A stretch of 64,000 nt of DNA from Gemmatimonadaceae bacterium (GCA_051859245.1 JBHYGA010000001.1:416001-480000), one strand, 5' to 3'. Numbered from the stretch's first letter, positions 19,901-29,323 are shown. The notes: a model not told the origin generated them from the letters alone. Numbers and translations: made by a program.

Positions 19901-20254
19901 TTCGCGCACCGACAACGGTCCGCGCGTGAGACGTTCACTCAGCGATTCGCCGCGTACGAGTGGCATGACGAAGTACGGCACATCGTCCACGGTGCCGGCG
20001 GTGAGTAGCGGAACGATGTTGGGGTGCTGCAGCGACGCGAGCAATGCGATCTCGCTTTGAAAGCGATCACGTGCATCCACGCTGTCGAGACGGCTCGAGA
20101 CACGCTTGATGACCACGCGTCGGTTCAGCGTGCGCTCGCGGCCCACCAACAACTCGGCCATACCGCCGCCGCCCAGCGGCTCAAGATCCGCATAGCGATC
20201 GCGCAGTTTGTTAGCGAACGCCAGCAGGTCAGAGTCGGGAGTGGGTTCGGTCAT
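16901..20254 (-). CDS. Ser/Thr protein kinase fused to an ADOP-family duplicated ABC permease (MacB-PCD/FtsX x2)
   Basis: Kinase motifs GGGGMA, VVIK, HRDIKPGN, DFG, GTPRYMSPE, DLYSLG. Then DALRELRRAWRTLRRAP...VLLRP, RQRELGVRTALGA, QRRRDFAIRAALGA, PAWRASRVQPMTVMRAE. Confidence 0.9.
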   Translation of the reverse strand: MTEPTPDSDLLAFANKLRDRYADLEPLGGGGMAELLVGRERTLNRRVVIKRVSSRLDSVDARDRFQSEIALLASLQHPNIVPLLTAGTVDDVPYFVMPLVRGESLSERLTRGPLSVRETVAILEDVAQALESAHAAGVVHRDIKPGNILLTGSAAVVADFGIAKAVSRRLGNTPVPMRTPSDLTLAGFSLGTPRYMSPEQFAADPGADHRVDLYSLGVVAYEMLVGVPPFAGPTPSALARAHVAEPPAPLRTRRADIPPALDALILKCLEKDPALRPSSVAELLRALRSPSLLAIAPGTTREVAEPEPASRHAVGDALRELRRAWRTLRRAPVVFAACVFCMAIGLGSAATIYSVADRVLLRPVDFDEAHRLVSIFRALPSSRELPFSAPNFVDIAGEPSAEGIAAFASTSRLLALGDRYEPSFVIRTSGQFFNVLRTRALHGRVLLPSDDVPDAPAVVVVSYEYWRSHLGGSPGIVGSSLRLDGEPHEVVGVLPPRFRITNSGTTYAGELWVPMRFSESELRQRTSNFLRVFGRLGSQQQPEGLQAALIQRFAPLLEAYPELEGHSIAVTPLVHDAAGSARRSLALLIVATFVVLIIAVINVSSLLLARGISRQRELGVRTALGATRWEVMRPVFAEGIVIALCGWVTGLGLALLALKMVVALGSTRITQLEYAAVDLRTAGVALLAAIVAALAGTAAPAWRAALALPADVLRGGRGSGAQHQHRTLAALVVIEGALAVTLLISAGLVTKGFVRAMNEDPGFDVARVLTLRVRVAPTDFPADRAATAFLTPALEAIQRIPGVEAAGAISQLPYNEWGWNAWVRYEGRPEVPPTERPLIETRNITPGFFAATGQQLVAGRLLDARDMMDGDTIQRVVVNSALAARDFPDGDILGKRFFLGERPIEIVGVVSDIRNFGPLTEPRPEAYWTFAQRHPQAVGYSLVIRTQQANPAVIAADVEQALRAVYPGVAVSRVKPMQVVMRESIGWPRFIFALFATLAGVALLLSLAGLFGILNYSVEQRRRDFAIRAALGAPPARLRRYVLSGAGRLVAMSLALGAAVSWGVTRLMASLLFGVEPRDAAVWTVALVSMALAGIAAAAGPAWRASRVQPMTVMRAE

Positions 20255-20502
20255 GGCCGTCTGATAGACAGACTAACCGAAAGGTTTGACGGCGCTCCGC
20301 GTGGAGGGGTGAACTGCGGTGCGAACGTGACGAACCGTTCGCGTGAAGACTACCACCGAGCGCGCGCTGTCTTCAGGGGGTAGATCTTCTTCCGCAATGT
20401 CCTACAGAAAATTGCAGCCGATGCTGCCAGCTGTACTGAACGGTGCGCGTTAGCGTCATGCACGGTTCATTTTCTCGCTCACCATCTCTCAGGAGGATTC
20501 AT

Positions 20503-21141
20503 ATGCGACGAACGCTGCTTCTGGCGGGCACTGCTTTGGTAATGCTCAGCTCGCCTGCATCAAGCCACGCGCAACAAATCATCACCTTCAACGCTGACCC
20601 GTTTGCCGGCAGCAATGCTCGCGAAACACCGGGTCGTCAGATCGTCGGCAACGAGCTCTTTACGCCGTTCAATATTGGCACCGATGTCTTTGCGTTTAAT
20701 CAGGGCATCTTTGGTATGGGCGACGTGATCAAGTTTGCAAGCGGTCCGATCAATGAGATACCGCAGACCGACGTCAACGCGATCGTGCTCAATACCTTCG
20801 ACAATGACGGGGATCCACTCACGCCGTTCCTTGCGGGTACGGCGGCCAATCTCATCGCCGAACGTGTCACGACGTCTGGCGCCGGGGTGTTCATCTATTT
20901 CAACAGTGGGCTCGATCTTGCACGCCTCGTGTACTCAACTGATCTGAGTGATAACACTGCCGATCTGAAGATTCTCGCTCGCCTGACCAATGTGGCGGGG
21001 GAGAGCGGACGTGAACAGATGGCAACGTTCACCGAAGAGAACTTCCGCATAGTTCCAGAACCCGCCACGCCGCTGCTCTTGCTGGTCGGCCTGGCAGGAC
21101 TCTTTGCGCGGAAGGCAGCGCGCAACATGGTGTCGTTGTAA
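20503..21141 (+). CDS. PEP-CTERM sorting-domain protein
   Basis: AGGAGG SD, signal peptide, C-terminal VPEPATPLLLLVGLAGLFARKAARN. Confidence 0.85.
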   Translation: MRRTLLLAGTALVMLSSPASSHAQQIITFNADPFAGSNARETPGRQIVGNELFTPFNIGTDVFAFNQGIFGMGDVIKFASGPINEIPQTDVNAIVLNTFDNDGDPLTPFLAGTAANLIAERVTTSGAGVFIYFNSGLDLARLVYSTDLSDNTADLKILARLTNVAGESGREQMATFTEENFRIVPEPATPLLLLVGLAGLFARKAARNMVSL

Positions 21142-21223
21142 TCTGGGTATTCGTGTAGATGAGGCGATTCACTGGTGGTGCGGTGCGTGTGTCGCACCAC
21201 CAGTGAATCGCTGCAAGGCGCTG

Positions 21224-22168
21224 CTAGCGGCTTGCGTGCGCGCGAAAAAACTCCATCACTCTGGAGTGCACGATGGTCGACTGCTCGATGTGTGGCAGAT
21301 GTCCGGCGGAATCCACCGGAAAATACTCGAGTGAGGGGATCAGGCTCCGGATCGCTTCCGCGCGCGCAATGGGTGTGGTTTGATCCTGTTTGCCCCAGAC
21401 AAGCAGAACAGGTACGCCGGTCTTGCTCACCGACGCAAAGAGGGCGGGGAAGTCGGTGCGACTCATGGTGAAGGCGCTCCGCAATAACGCGCGCCCAAAC
21501 CCGTCGTACCGCATTTGCGGACGGTACTGTTCAATCCACGTAGGGAATCGCTCCGGATGCAGAAAGTCACTCAGCTGTCCGTCTGCCATCCCGGGCACTT
21601 GTGTCACCTGCCACACCCACGGCCCCACGACTGGCCACGCCATGAAGGCCGGCATGGTACGCGACTCGCTGGCGGGATCCATCAGCGTGAGCGTGCGCAC
21701 CCGCGTGGTGTGCGTCGACACGAAATGTGACGTGACATACCCGCCGAACGAGAGGCCGATCAGATCCACCGGTGTTCTTATCTTGAGCGAGTCAAGCAGC
21801 TCATTCAGCTGCGCGTCATACATCGCGCCATCGTACGCCGCGTCGGGGCGATCTGACCATCCGCGTCCGAACATGTCGTAGCGAATCACGCGCAGACCGG
21901 CTGCGCTGAGTGCTGCAAACGTGGAGTCCCAGATATACGATGGCACCGAGAATCCATGCACCAGTACGACCACGCGTCCGGTATCCGGTCCGGCTACGTC
22001 ATAGTGCGTGGTGCCACCGGAGAGCTTCACGAAGCGCCCTGGGGCTTGAGCGCGCGCGTCGTCATTCAGCGGCCCCTGTTCCGGGTTCCTCACCGACCCA
22101 TAGATCGCCAGCGCCGCAATCAAGGCAAGTAGTACCAACAGTGCACCGCGCCGCCGTTTCAGAGCCAT
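21224..22168 (-). CDS. Alpha/beta fold hydrolase
   Basis: N-terminal TM, VHGFS, GLSFGG nucleophile elbow, WGKQD, GHLPH. Confidence 0.92.
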   Translation of the reverse strand: MALKRRRGALLVLLALIAALAIYGSVRNPEQGPLNDDARAQAPGRFVKLSGGTTHYDVAGPDTGRVVVLVHGFSVPSYIWDSTFAALSAAGLRVIRYDMFGRGWSDRPDAAYDGAMYDAQLNELLDSLKIRTPVDLIGLSFGGYVTSHFVSTHTTRVRTLTLMDPASESRTMPAFMAWPVVGPWVWQVTQVPGMADGQLSDFLHPERFPTWIEQYRPQMRYDGFGRALLRSAFTMSRTDFPALFASVSKTGVPVLLVWGKQDQTTPIARAEAIRSLIPSLEYFPVDSAGHLPHIEQSTIVHSRVMEFFRAHASR

Positions 22169-22171
22169 TCT

Positions 22172-22201
22172 TGTGTGTTGTTGTGTGTGTTGTTGTGTGT
22201 G
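22172..22201. repeat. 12-bp tandem repeat (TGTGTGTTGTTG x2.5)
   Basis: Read directly; lies immediately upstream of the ATG at 22168 (minus strand). Confidence 0.85.
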
Positions 22202-22232
22202 ATGAAATGGCGTGTCCCTGCCAGGTGTCGCG

Positions 22233-22949
22233 TTATTCACCGTACCGGCGCACACGATAACGCACGGCGGTCATCGGCGTTGGCACATCGTTGTTGATCG
22301 ATGCTTCCACCGTTGTTGGTTGCAGCCAATCGCTCCAGTCGGCGCTTGGCGTGGGGGTGCGTTTCAGTGGCAGCGCGTAGAGCTCGGTGTGTTTGCCTTC
22401 AAGGCGTACGACGAGCGTGCGACGGCCGGCACGATACAACGGTTGCTGCACCACTGGAATGATCGTGTGCGCACCTTCAACGCGCGTGCGTGAGGGGAGC
22501 GGCGTGCCTTCCGGGCGCGTGCTTTGCGTATGCACTTCCACGCTCAACCATCGCGAGTTCAGATCGGTGGGCAGCTCGGTCGTTTTAAATCGCAACTCCA
22601 TTTCGAGCGTGGCCAGCGCGCCGTCGTACTCCAACGGGGCCTCGCGCATTTGCAACAACGACCACGCACCGCCCGCGAGCAGTACCAGCAGCGCGGTTAA
22701 TCCCAGAACCGCAGCAACGAGTTGTTTGGTGCCTTCACCGGCCGGTGCGGATCGCACAAACAGTGACACGCCCACAACCAGGCCGACCAGCGCGCACAGG
22801 ATCGCCACGCCAATGACGAAGTAACCCGCCGCACCTTCACGATCTGTGATGTTTGCGATGCGCGCGAACAGCGTGCCGCCGCCGAGGCCGAGCAACAGAC
22901 CGGCGATGGCACCTCCCAGCGCGTAGAGTACTCCGATAAGTGGGCGCAT
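22233..22949 (-). CDS. Hypothetical membrane protein (3 TM plus soluble C-terminal domain)
   Basis: Hydrophobic N-terminal half with a DREGAAGYFV loop. Confidence 0.7.
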   Translation of the reverse strand: MRPLIGVLYALGGAIAGLLLGLGGGTLFARIANITDREGAAGYFVIGVAILCALVGLVVGVSLFVRSAPAGEGTKQLVAAVLGLTALLVLLAGGAWSLLQMREAPLEYDGALATLEMELRFKTTELPTDLNSRWLSVEVHTQSTRPEGTPLPSRTRVEGAHTIIPVVQQPLYRAGRRTLVVRLEGKHTELYALPLKRTPTPSADWSDWLQPTTVEASINNDVPTPMTAVRYRVRRYGE

Positions 22950-23041
22950 GCGTGGCGGAGAATATGCAGCGGGCACGCGCCGATGTCATTATGATGGTGT
23001 CCGTTGGCCAAACGTGCGGCCGCCGTCTGCGTTGGTCCCGT

Positions 23042-23605
23042 TCACGCCCCCCGCACCACATACTGCAGCACCACCGCTCCAGACGCGAACTCGCGTCGGC
23101 CGGTGAGCGTCAGGTCTACATGCCTTGAGAGGCCCGCGAGCAAGTTCGGCCCGTGGCCGGCAATCCGTGGCTGCACGACAAACTCATACTCATCAATCAA
23201 TCCCAACTCGGCCAGCGCCAGCGGAAGCGTCACGCCGCCCGTGGAGATCGGCCTGCCCGGTTCGCTCTTGAGCTGTCGCACAAAGGCCGCGAGATCGCCA
23301 CGTACGAGTGATGCGTTCCAATCCACATCGGGTAGCGTGTTCGACACCACAAACTTTCGCGCCGCGTGAATGGTGTGTGCGAACGGCTCCATCCACGCGG
23401 GCATCCACTCAGGGCGAACGCCCGTCTCCGCTACTGGACGCCACGCGTCTTCCATCATGCCGTACGTCACGCGTCCGAGGATCATTGCATCAACGGCGGC
23501 GATGTTGCTGGCATGGAAGTGATGCATCTCCTCATCGGGCATCCCGGCGCGATGATCGACGCATCCGTCAAGCGTGATATTGATGGAGTAGCGGAGTGGG
23601 CGCAT
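23042..23605 (-). CDS. Dihydrofolate reductase/RibD C-terminal family protein
   Basis: INITLDG, LGRVTY, KFVVSNTL, GLIDEYEFVVQPRIAGHG. Confidence 0.92.
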   Translation of the reverse strand: MRPLRYSINITLDGCVDHRAGMPDEEMHHFHASNIAAVDAMILGRVTYGMMEDAWRPVAETGVRPEWMPAWMEPFAHTIHAARKFVVSNTLPDVDWNASLVRGDLAAFVRQLKSEPGRPISTGGVTLPLALAELGLIDEYEFVVQPRIAGHGPNLLAGLSRHVDLTLTGRREFASGAVVLQYVVRGA

Positions 23606-23713
23606 GGCGTACGTCCTGAAGTGCGGGTGGGCGGGGGGAGGAACCGTATTCTACGCGCTGTCCCTGCGCAAAGCCTTGCTGATTTCACTCACCGGGCGCA
23701 ATCTAGGCCGACC

Positions 23714-24286
23714 ATGCCTGCAACGAAGACAAAGAACGAGTTGATCTGGAAGGTGGACGGTCCGTTCGAAGTCGCCGCCGATCATCGGCGACTCTATGTC
23801 CGCGAGACTGTTGAATCGGAAGTGTTCGGCGCGGTTGTCATGGGAGCCCTCACGATTGGCATGGCGCTCTTTGGGTGGAAACTTGTGCACGCCACCGGCG
23901 CTGGATCCCGAATATTCGGTGGGTTGCTGCTCGTGCTTGCCACGCTGATTGCGGCGGTCGCGTTGCGACAGGTGTTGGCGGGGCTCGGTCTGATCAAGTG
24001 GAGTCGTACGCCACTCCTTGTGTTCGATCGCGGTGACAGCGCGTCGATGCCGCCGGCCATTGAGTACGGGCGCAAACGTTTGCTCACGTCCACGATTCGT
24101 TGTCTCTCAACGCGACCCTCCACGGTTGGCAGCAAGCACGACCTCAAGCGGCATATTCTTGTGGCTGAACTGCACGACGGCTCGGAGGTGGTGCTCACCG
24201 TGGACCAGACGCCGGATTGGACGGCGCACTACGCGAATCGAGGGGCGCGCTGGCTTGGCCTGTCGTACCGAGCTTTCCGGGGATGA
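23714..24286 (+). CDS. Hypothetical membrane protein (2 TM)
   Basis: ATG at 23714; two hydrophobic helices followed by a soluble domain. Confidence 0.65.
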   Translation: MPATKTKNELIWKVDGPFEVAADHRRLYVRETVESEVFGAVVMGALTIGMALFGWKLVHATGAGSRIFGGLLLVLATLIAAVALRQVLAGLGLIKWSRTPLLVFDRGDSASMPPAIEYGRKRLLTSTIRCLSTRPSTVGSKHDLKRHILVAELHDGSEVVLTVDQTPDWTAHYANRGARWLGLSYRAFRG

Positions 24287-24489
24287 TGCGGCGCGCCGAC
24301 ATGCCTAGGCGCGCAACACCATCTGCACAGAGGTATCCACGTCAAGCACGAACCGTCCGCGCCCTTGGTTCGGTGCCGTGCAACCTCCGATAATCGCGAT
24401 CCACTCGAACCGGCCGCTCAGTCCGCCATCGGGAACGCTGGCGCTCATGCGTTGACCGCACGCCCGCTTATCGCTCGCTCAGTGCTCGC

Positions 24490-25584
24490 TCATCGCACGC
24501 GATAGGCCACAATACTGGGCACGTCTTCCGCATCGTGCTCAATGCTGATCATGATGCCGCTGCGCAGAAACAGCACGGGGCGCGCGGTGGCAAGCGTGAC
24601 CGTTTTGACGAATCCCGAGTCGAGGTGAAAGACGTCGGCTACTGGTGGTTCGTCGCTCAACACATCGCGCGTGGCCCACACATGACCGCGTGTGTCCAGC
24701 GTGAGATGCGTATAGGCCGGCATGCGCGCTGCAATCTGTGCGTGCTCGAGCAGTAACTCGGTTGGAACGGTGCACGGCTTTTTCCCGCGCAGCTGCATCG
24801 TGCGTCCAGGGCCGAGCTCACGCGCGGCGAGTGCGCGATCGGTGGGTCGGCGTGTGGTGTCGCGTGTGAGCGCGCGCGGCGGCGCATTGGGTGTCCGCAC
24901 GGTGATGCTGAACTCGCCGACAGAAGAGATGACGGTGTCGCCACGCGCGTCCCACGCGAGCAGCGGATGAAACACGGGTTCCACGGGATAGCCGATGACA
25001 TCGCACACCAATTCGATCTCGCCGGTCTCGGCGGGTGCAATGGAATCGAGCGTTTGCCATCTGCCTCCGCTGTCGACAAGCAGACGCACAGTTGCATTCG
25101 AGCGAGGCGGCGTGCTGCCCACGACTGAGGTATCGGAGCGGAACCGAAAGCGGAACGGACTCCCGGAGCGCCTTGGGTACTCTTCTCGAAATCGTCCGTC
25201 CGCCGTGTATACCACGAGTTTGTTTTTCTCGGCGTCGTGTACATGCACCGCGCCATCAGGAGCAACGGCCAGCGTGAGCGGGAAGAGCAACTCACCCGGA
25301 CCGGGCCCGCGCGTGCCCCAGCTGTCAATCTGAGTGCCGGTTGAATCGAGCACCGCAATACGTCCACCGGTTCGGTCAATCACCAACAGGCGATCGTTGG
25401 CATCAACCACGATGTCATTGCGCGACAGTGACTCGAACATGAAGGTCGTGTCGTTGGCCCCGCCGACGTGCCAGAGACGCTCCATGTTCGATGGCACGAG
25501 CGCATCGGGGGTGAGGCGCGGCGGCTCGTCCGCACACGCCACGAGCAGGCCACTCAGCAGGAGGCCCAGTGCACCCGTGCGCAA
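24490..25584 (-). CDS. 6-bladed beta-propeller lipoprotein
   Basis: Lipobox LVAC, WGTRGPGPGEL, C-terminal DAEDVPSIVAYRV. Start uncertain (TTG 25584 chosen). Confidence 0.8.
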   Translation of the reverse strand: MRTGALGLLLSGLLVACADEPPRLTPDALVPSNMERLWHVGGANDTTFMFESLSRNDIVVDANDRLLVIDRTGGRIAVLDSTGTQIDSWGTRGPGPGELLFPLTLAVAPDGAVHVHDAEKNKLVVYTADGRFREEYPRRSGSPFRFRFRSDTSVVGSTPPRSNATVRLLVDSGGRWQTLDSIAPAETGEIELVCDVIGYPVEPVFHPLLAWDARGDTVISSVGEFSITVRTPNAPPRALTRDTTRRPTDRALAARELGPGRTMQLRGKKPCTVPTELLLEHAQIAARMPAYTHLTLDTRGHVWATRDVLSDEPPVADVFHLDSGFVKTVTLATARPVLFLRSGIMISIEHDAEDVPSIVAYRVR

Positions 25585-25711
25585 TCGCGCGGGGCGCGTA
25601 TATTCCCCCTCAGAGGTCGGCCAGGCGCACGGGATTCGGCTCTGCGGTGTCGAGAATTTTGGCGCTCTTTGCACGGGACACCATTCTCCAGGATCGGTGT
25701 ATATGCGTTTC

Positions 25712-26368
25712 ATGTCGAGACAGCTCACGCCGCGAACCGCGGCCCTCGCCACTGCGATGGTGGCCAGCAGCTTGTTGCTGGGCTGTGCAACCGGGCGAGC
25801 GCCATTACCCGCCACGCACGCATCCGTTTCCTCGCTGCCGACAGACGGTGCCATCGCGTTTGGCGCTATTGATGAGCTCGGCGCAGAGCCGGTGGTGCAG
25901 GTGCGCGACTTTCGGGTGCTGCGCACGGTCTCGGTACTCGGCCACTACGACGAGAATGCCACGTACGGACTGCGTGCAGAAGTGCGACCCGACGGCGAAA
26001 TCACGTCGCCGCGCAGGCTTGGCGATCACCGCTTGTACATCAATACGTTCGTTGTGGGCGCCAATGGTGGTTTCCGGCGCGCATCCGTAGGAACGCGCGA
26101 CAATCCCCTCGTGGTGGATTACTTGTTCGACCCGAACGCGTGCCTCAAGGGGCCAACGTGTTCGCCGTATCGAGCCATCACGCTCGGCATTCCAGACTCG
26201 GTGCTGCGAAACTCTCGCGATGGTTTGGTCGTGCTGTTTGAACGTCAAACGCCTACGCAGTGGACGATCTCGTTGTCATCCAAACTGATCGCCGCGTATC
26301 TGAATACGGTCGACTCCGTTTCCGCGGCACGTCGCAGCCAGCAGGTGTTCCGCGGCATTGATCGCTGA
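25712..26368 (+). CDS. Hypothetical lipoprotein
   Basis: Lipobox LLGC; C-terminal LIAAYLNTVDSVSAARR. Confidence 0.65.
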   Translation: MSRQLTPRTAALATAMVASSLLLGCATGRAPLPATHASVSSLPTDGAIAFGAIDELGAEPVVQVRDFRVLRTVSVLGHYDENATYGLRAEVRPDGEITSPRRLGDHRLYINTFVVGANGGFRRASVGTRDNPLVVDYLFDPNACLKGPTCSPYRAITLGIPDSVLRNSRDGLVVLFERQTPTQWTISLSSKLIAAYLNTVDSVSAARRSQQVFRGIDR

Positions 26369-26448
26369 GGCGCGCGGAACGAGGTGAACGAGTCAACGTT
26401 CGTCTCTCTGCAACAGCGCAGAAGGGTGTGGCAAGAGGATCGACAAGG

Positions 26449-27012
26449 TTAAAGCTGCGCGTTCGACAGGCCGAGCGCGTCGGTGAAGAACGCTGACACG
26501 TCAACCCGCAACGCATCGTGCGCACCATCCGGTTGCCACGTCAACGCGGTGTCGGCAATCAGATCCTCGGTGTCGTTCCGCACCACGCGAATGGTTCGGC
26601 TCCAGCGATCCACGATCCAGTACTGCGCGACGCCGATTCGCATGTAAAACGCACGTTTCTGCTCATGATCGCGGCGGCGTGTGGTGCCAGAAAGAATCTC
26701 CACAACCAGCAGCGGTGTCGGCATCTCGGCCCATGTGCTTGGAAGTGTGTCCGCGGCAGGACGCACCATGAGATCGGGCTCCACCTGCGATTCGGCGGTG
26801 CGGACTACGGCGCGTGGTGTGTACACGCGCCCGAGCTGTTGTGCCCGAACGTAAGGAACGAGCATCGAGAGCAACGTCGACGCCAGTTCTTCGTGCGCGG
26901 TGCACGGTGCGGGCGTCACGAACAGCTCGCCGTCAACCAGCTCGTACGTGCTGCCGTCGTCAGGCAGACGGTCAAGCTCGGCGAGCGTCCATGGTCGTGT
27001 TGCAAGCGCCAT
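26449..27012 (-). CDS. Uma2 family (PDDEXK-like) endonuclease
   Basis: WTLAELDRLPDDGSTYELVDGELFVTPAP, VEPDL, LVVEILS, DHEQKRAFY, YWIVD. Confidence 0.93.
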   Translation of the reverse strand: MALATRPWTLAELDRLPDDGSTYELVDGELFVTPAPCTAHEELASTLLSMLVPYVRAQQLGRVYTPRAVVRTAESQVEPDLMVRPAADTLPSTWAEMPTPLLVVEILSGTTRRRDHEQKRAFYMRIGVAQYWIVDRWSRTIRVVRNDTEDLIADTALTWQPDGAHDALRVDVSAFFTDALGLSNAQL

Positions 27013-27160
27013 GTGCATGATCCGCGTGTCCTCGGCGATAGGGGGTGCGTGCGCATGCGTGAACATGCGCCATATCGCCGAGTTGTCCGTCACCATTTCG
27101 CTGCGCCCCGTAGCAGCGTGTCGCTTCCGCATGGACGGTACGCTCGGCGATGGGGCCGAG

Positions 27161-29323
27161 TCAATGCCGCTGCTGTTCGCGACGCCGCCGAAGCAGCGCA
27201 GTCACTTCCTCGACCACCTGCACCAAATTGCGCTCGGCGGGCCTCACTGGAAGCAGCGCGACCACTGATTCGCTATCGCTGCCAAGGTTGAAGTTCGGCA
27301 GCACGTCTGTGTCCGACAGTTCAATCGGTGCCCATTCCTGTGGCGTTGAGGCAATGAAGCGACGATCACGCACGCGGTACGTGATCGCCATCAAACGATG
27401 ATCGACGTTGGTGAACAGCAGCTCGTTGCTGAACGGTGACCAGCGCGCGGCACGCGCACCGCGCGCGACACGGAGTACCTGCGACGTATCGTCAAGCGAA
27501 CGCACATACAACTCGGCCACACCAGAGGCGTGTGACGTGTACGCAAGCCAGCGCCCGTCGGGAGATATCGCCGGGTATGTTTCTATCGCATTGGTGCGCA
27601 ACAACGTTCGAGGCGTGCCGGCGTGCACGGAATCACCGAGACGCTGTACTGACGCGGTCCATAGGTCGAAATGCGTAGCCGTATCGAGAATGGCCACGGC
27701 AACGCCGCGATCGCCGCTCATGAATGACCACGGTATCACGATATTCCGCGCATCAAAAAACGTGCGCGCTTTCCCATCGCTCGCGGAGAGCCACTGCAAG
27801 CCGTTCTTGTCGTTCCTTGCAATGAGCGCATCGCCATCGCTGGTCCACATGACCGCATCGAGGTTCGGTGCGCTCCACGCACGCCGCGCGGGCGTGTGCA
27901 AATCAAATACCGCAAGTGCCGACACCGCGCTCTCGATCGTGACCACCGCGAGGCGCTGACCATTTGGTGACAACGCTGGCCACGCATACTGCCCCGCGCG
28001 TTCCAGCAAGTTGCGTCGTGCACCCGAGCGTTCAACGCGCGCGACGATTGACGGGACGTTTCGCCTGTACACGAGTGTCCCCGTCTCGGAAAACGAGACC
28101 TGCGCGAAGCCAAACGTACTCGAATACGAAATGCTATCGATGATCGGCGTCGCTGACCCGGTCACCCGCAACTGCGTTGCATCAAAGTCGATTGCGAACA
28201 GCGTGCCTTGGTTGACGTAGGTGAGGTGATTCGGCGCAACGAAGCGTGCAAACGTGCCGCCTTTCACCAGCACCTTCCGCTCGCCACTGCGCAGTGACGC
28301 CACTTCGATGCTCGCGAGATCAACACCCTCGGCCGACAGTGCCGTGTACAGCACATGTTCTCCGTCGGGCAACAGTTGCGGCCAGAGAGCTGCGCTTCGA
28401 TTCGCCGAGAGATCGAGCACCGGTGTGGGAGGCGTTTGGCGAGTGACATCAATACGGAACAGCCGATTGCTCGCGTCGATCGCGGCAACAATCGTGTTGT
28501 TGCTCCCCCACGTTGCGCCGAGCAGATCGGGCGCGTCGCACAGCACCTCAGGTGAGCCGCCGTCTACCGCGATCTTGCGCAGCTGCCGTTCTGCCCAGTA
28601 GCCAATCCATCGTCCATCAGGTGACCAGAAGGGTGCGCGCGCTCCCAACGTTCCGGGGAGATCGACCGGCGAAGAACCATCAAATCGATGGAGGCGCAGG
28701 TGCTTGGTGGCCATCGAATCGATTGACACATACACGACGCTCTTCCCATCGGGCGCGACAGCAACGCTCGTTCCCACATCGGAGGCGATGCGCTCATTTG
28801 TCTGCAAGGCGACGGGATAGATCTTAGGATCGCGCTCGATTTCTGTGGGGCGCGAGAATGCACCGGGCAAGAACACCATGCCCAGTCCAGCCAATCCGGC
28901 CGTCAACCAAAGCCACGGTTGACGAGATCGCGATGCGACCGACGTGACTGTTGGCAACGCAACCGGCGCAGACACCTCCGCCGGCCGCTGCTCAAATCGC
29001 ACGGTGTACGCGCCGCGAGGAAGTGAAATCGTGAGGGGTGCGTCGCGACCTTCTTCGGCGTAGTAGCGCTCCAGGCGACCGCGCAGTCGCGAGGCTTCGG
29101 CCCGCACAATGGGATCCGTGCGAGGGTCGAAGTCGGTGTCGCGACCAAGAGCTTCGAGCCCGACTGTGTATTCCTTGAGCCGGTCGGCCGTTCCGGACAG
29201 GGCTTGGTCAACGAGGTAGCGCAGCAGCGTGGACGAGCGTTCGGCCTGCCGGAAGGGAGTACTGACCAGGAGGCGCTCCAGCTCGGCCAACACCGCGTCG
29301 CGTTCGATTCCGTCACGCATCAT
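27161..29323 (-). CDS. Putative membrane-anchored regulator: N-terminal winged-helix-like domain, TM, TolB/PD40 propeller
   Basis: LLRYLVDQ...LKEYTVGLEALGRDTDFDPRTDPIVRAEASRLRGRLERYY...ISLPRGAY, one TM, then SPDG repeats. Confidence 0.8.
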   Translation of the reverse strand: MMRDGIERDAVLAELERLLVSTPFRQAERSSTLLRYLVDQALSGTADRLKEYTVGLEALGRDTDFDPRTDPIVRAEASRLRGRLERYYAEEGRDAPLTISLPRGAYTVRFEQRPAEVSAPVALPTVTSVASRSRQPWLWLTAGLAGLGMVFLPGAFSRPTEIERDPKIYPVALQTNERIASDVGTSVAVAPDGKSVVYVSIDSMATKHLRLHRFDGSSPVDLPGTLGARAPFWSPDGRWIGYWAERQLRKIAVDGGSPEVLCDAPDLLGATWGSNNTIVAAIDASNRLFRIDVTRQTPPTPVLDLSANRSAALWPQLLPDGEHVLYTALSAEGVDLASIEVASLRSGERKVLVKGGTFARFVAPNHLTYVNQGTLFAIDFDATQLRVTGSATPIIDSISYSSTFGFAQVSFSETGTLVYRRNVPSIVARVERSGARRNLLERAGQYAWPALSPNGQRLAVVTIESAVSALAVFDLHTPARRAWSAPNLDAVMWTSDGDALIARNDKNGLQWLSASDGKARTFFDARNIVIPWSFMSGDRGVAVAILDTATHFDLWTASVQRLGDSVHAGTPRTLLRTNAIETYPAISPDGRWLAYTSHASGVAELYVRSLDDTSQVLRVARGARAARWSPFSNELLFTNVDHRLMAITYRVRDRRFIASTPQEWAPIELSDTDVLPNFNLGSDSESVVALLPVRPAERNLVQVVEEVTALLRRRREQQRH

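Noticed and set aside
24287..24489. About 200-bp gap between convergent genes as a possible ncRNA
   Set aside because: Only a weak hairpin is visible, with no recognisable RNA family features.
25585..25926. Mutually overlapping long N-termini of ORFs 24490-25926 (-) and 25334-26368 (+)
   Set aside because: Lipoprotein signals indicate later starts (~25584 and 25712), which removes the overlap.
26449..27012. Uma2 endonuclease as an anti-phage defence system
   Set aside because: It is a solitary member of a commonly expanded family, with no methylase or other defence genes nearby.
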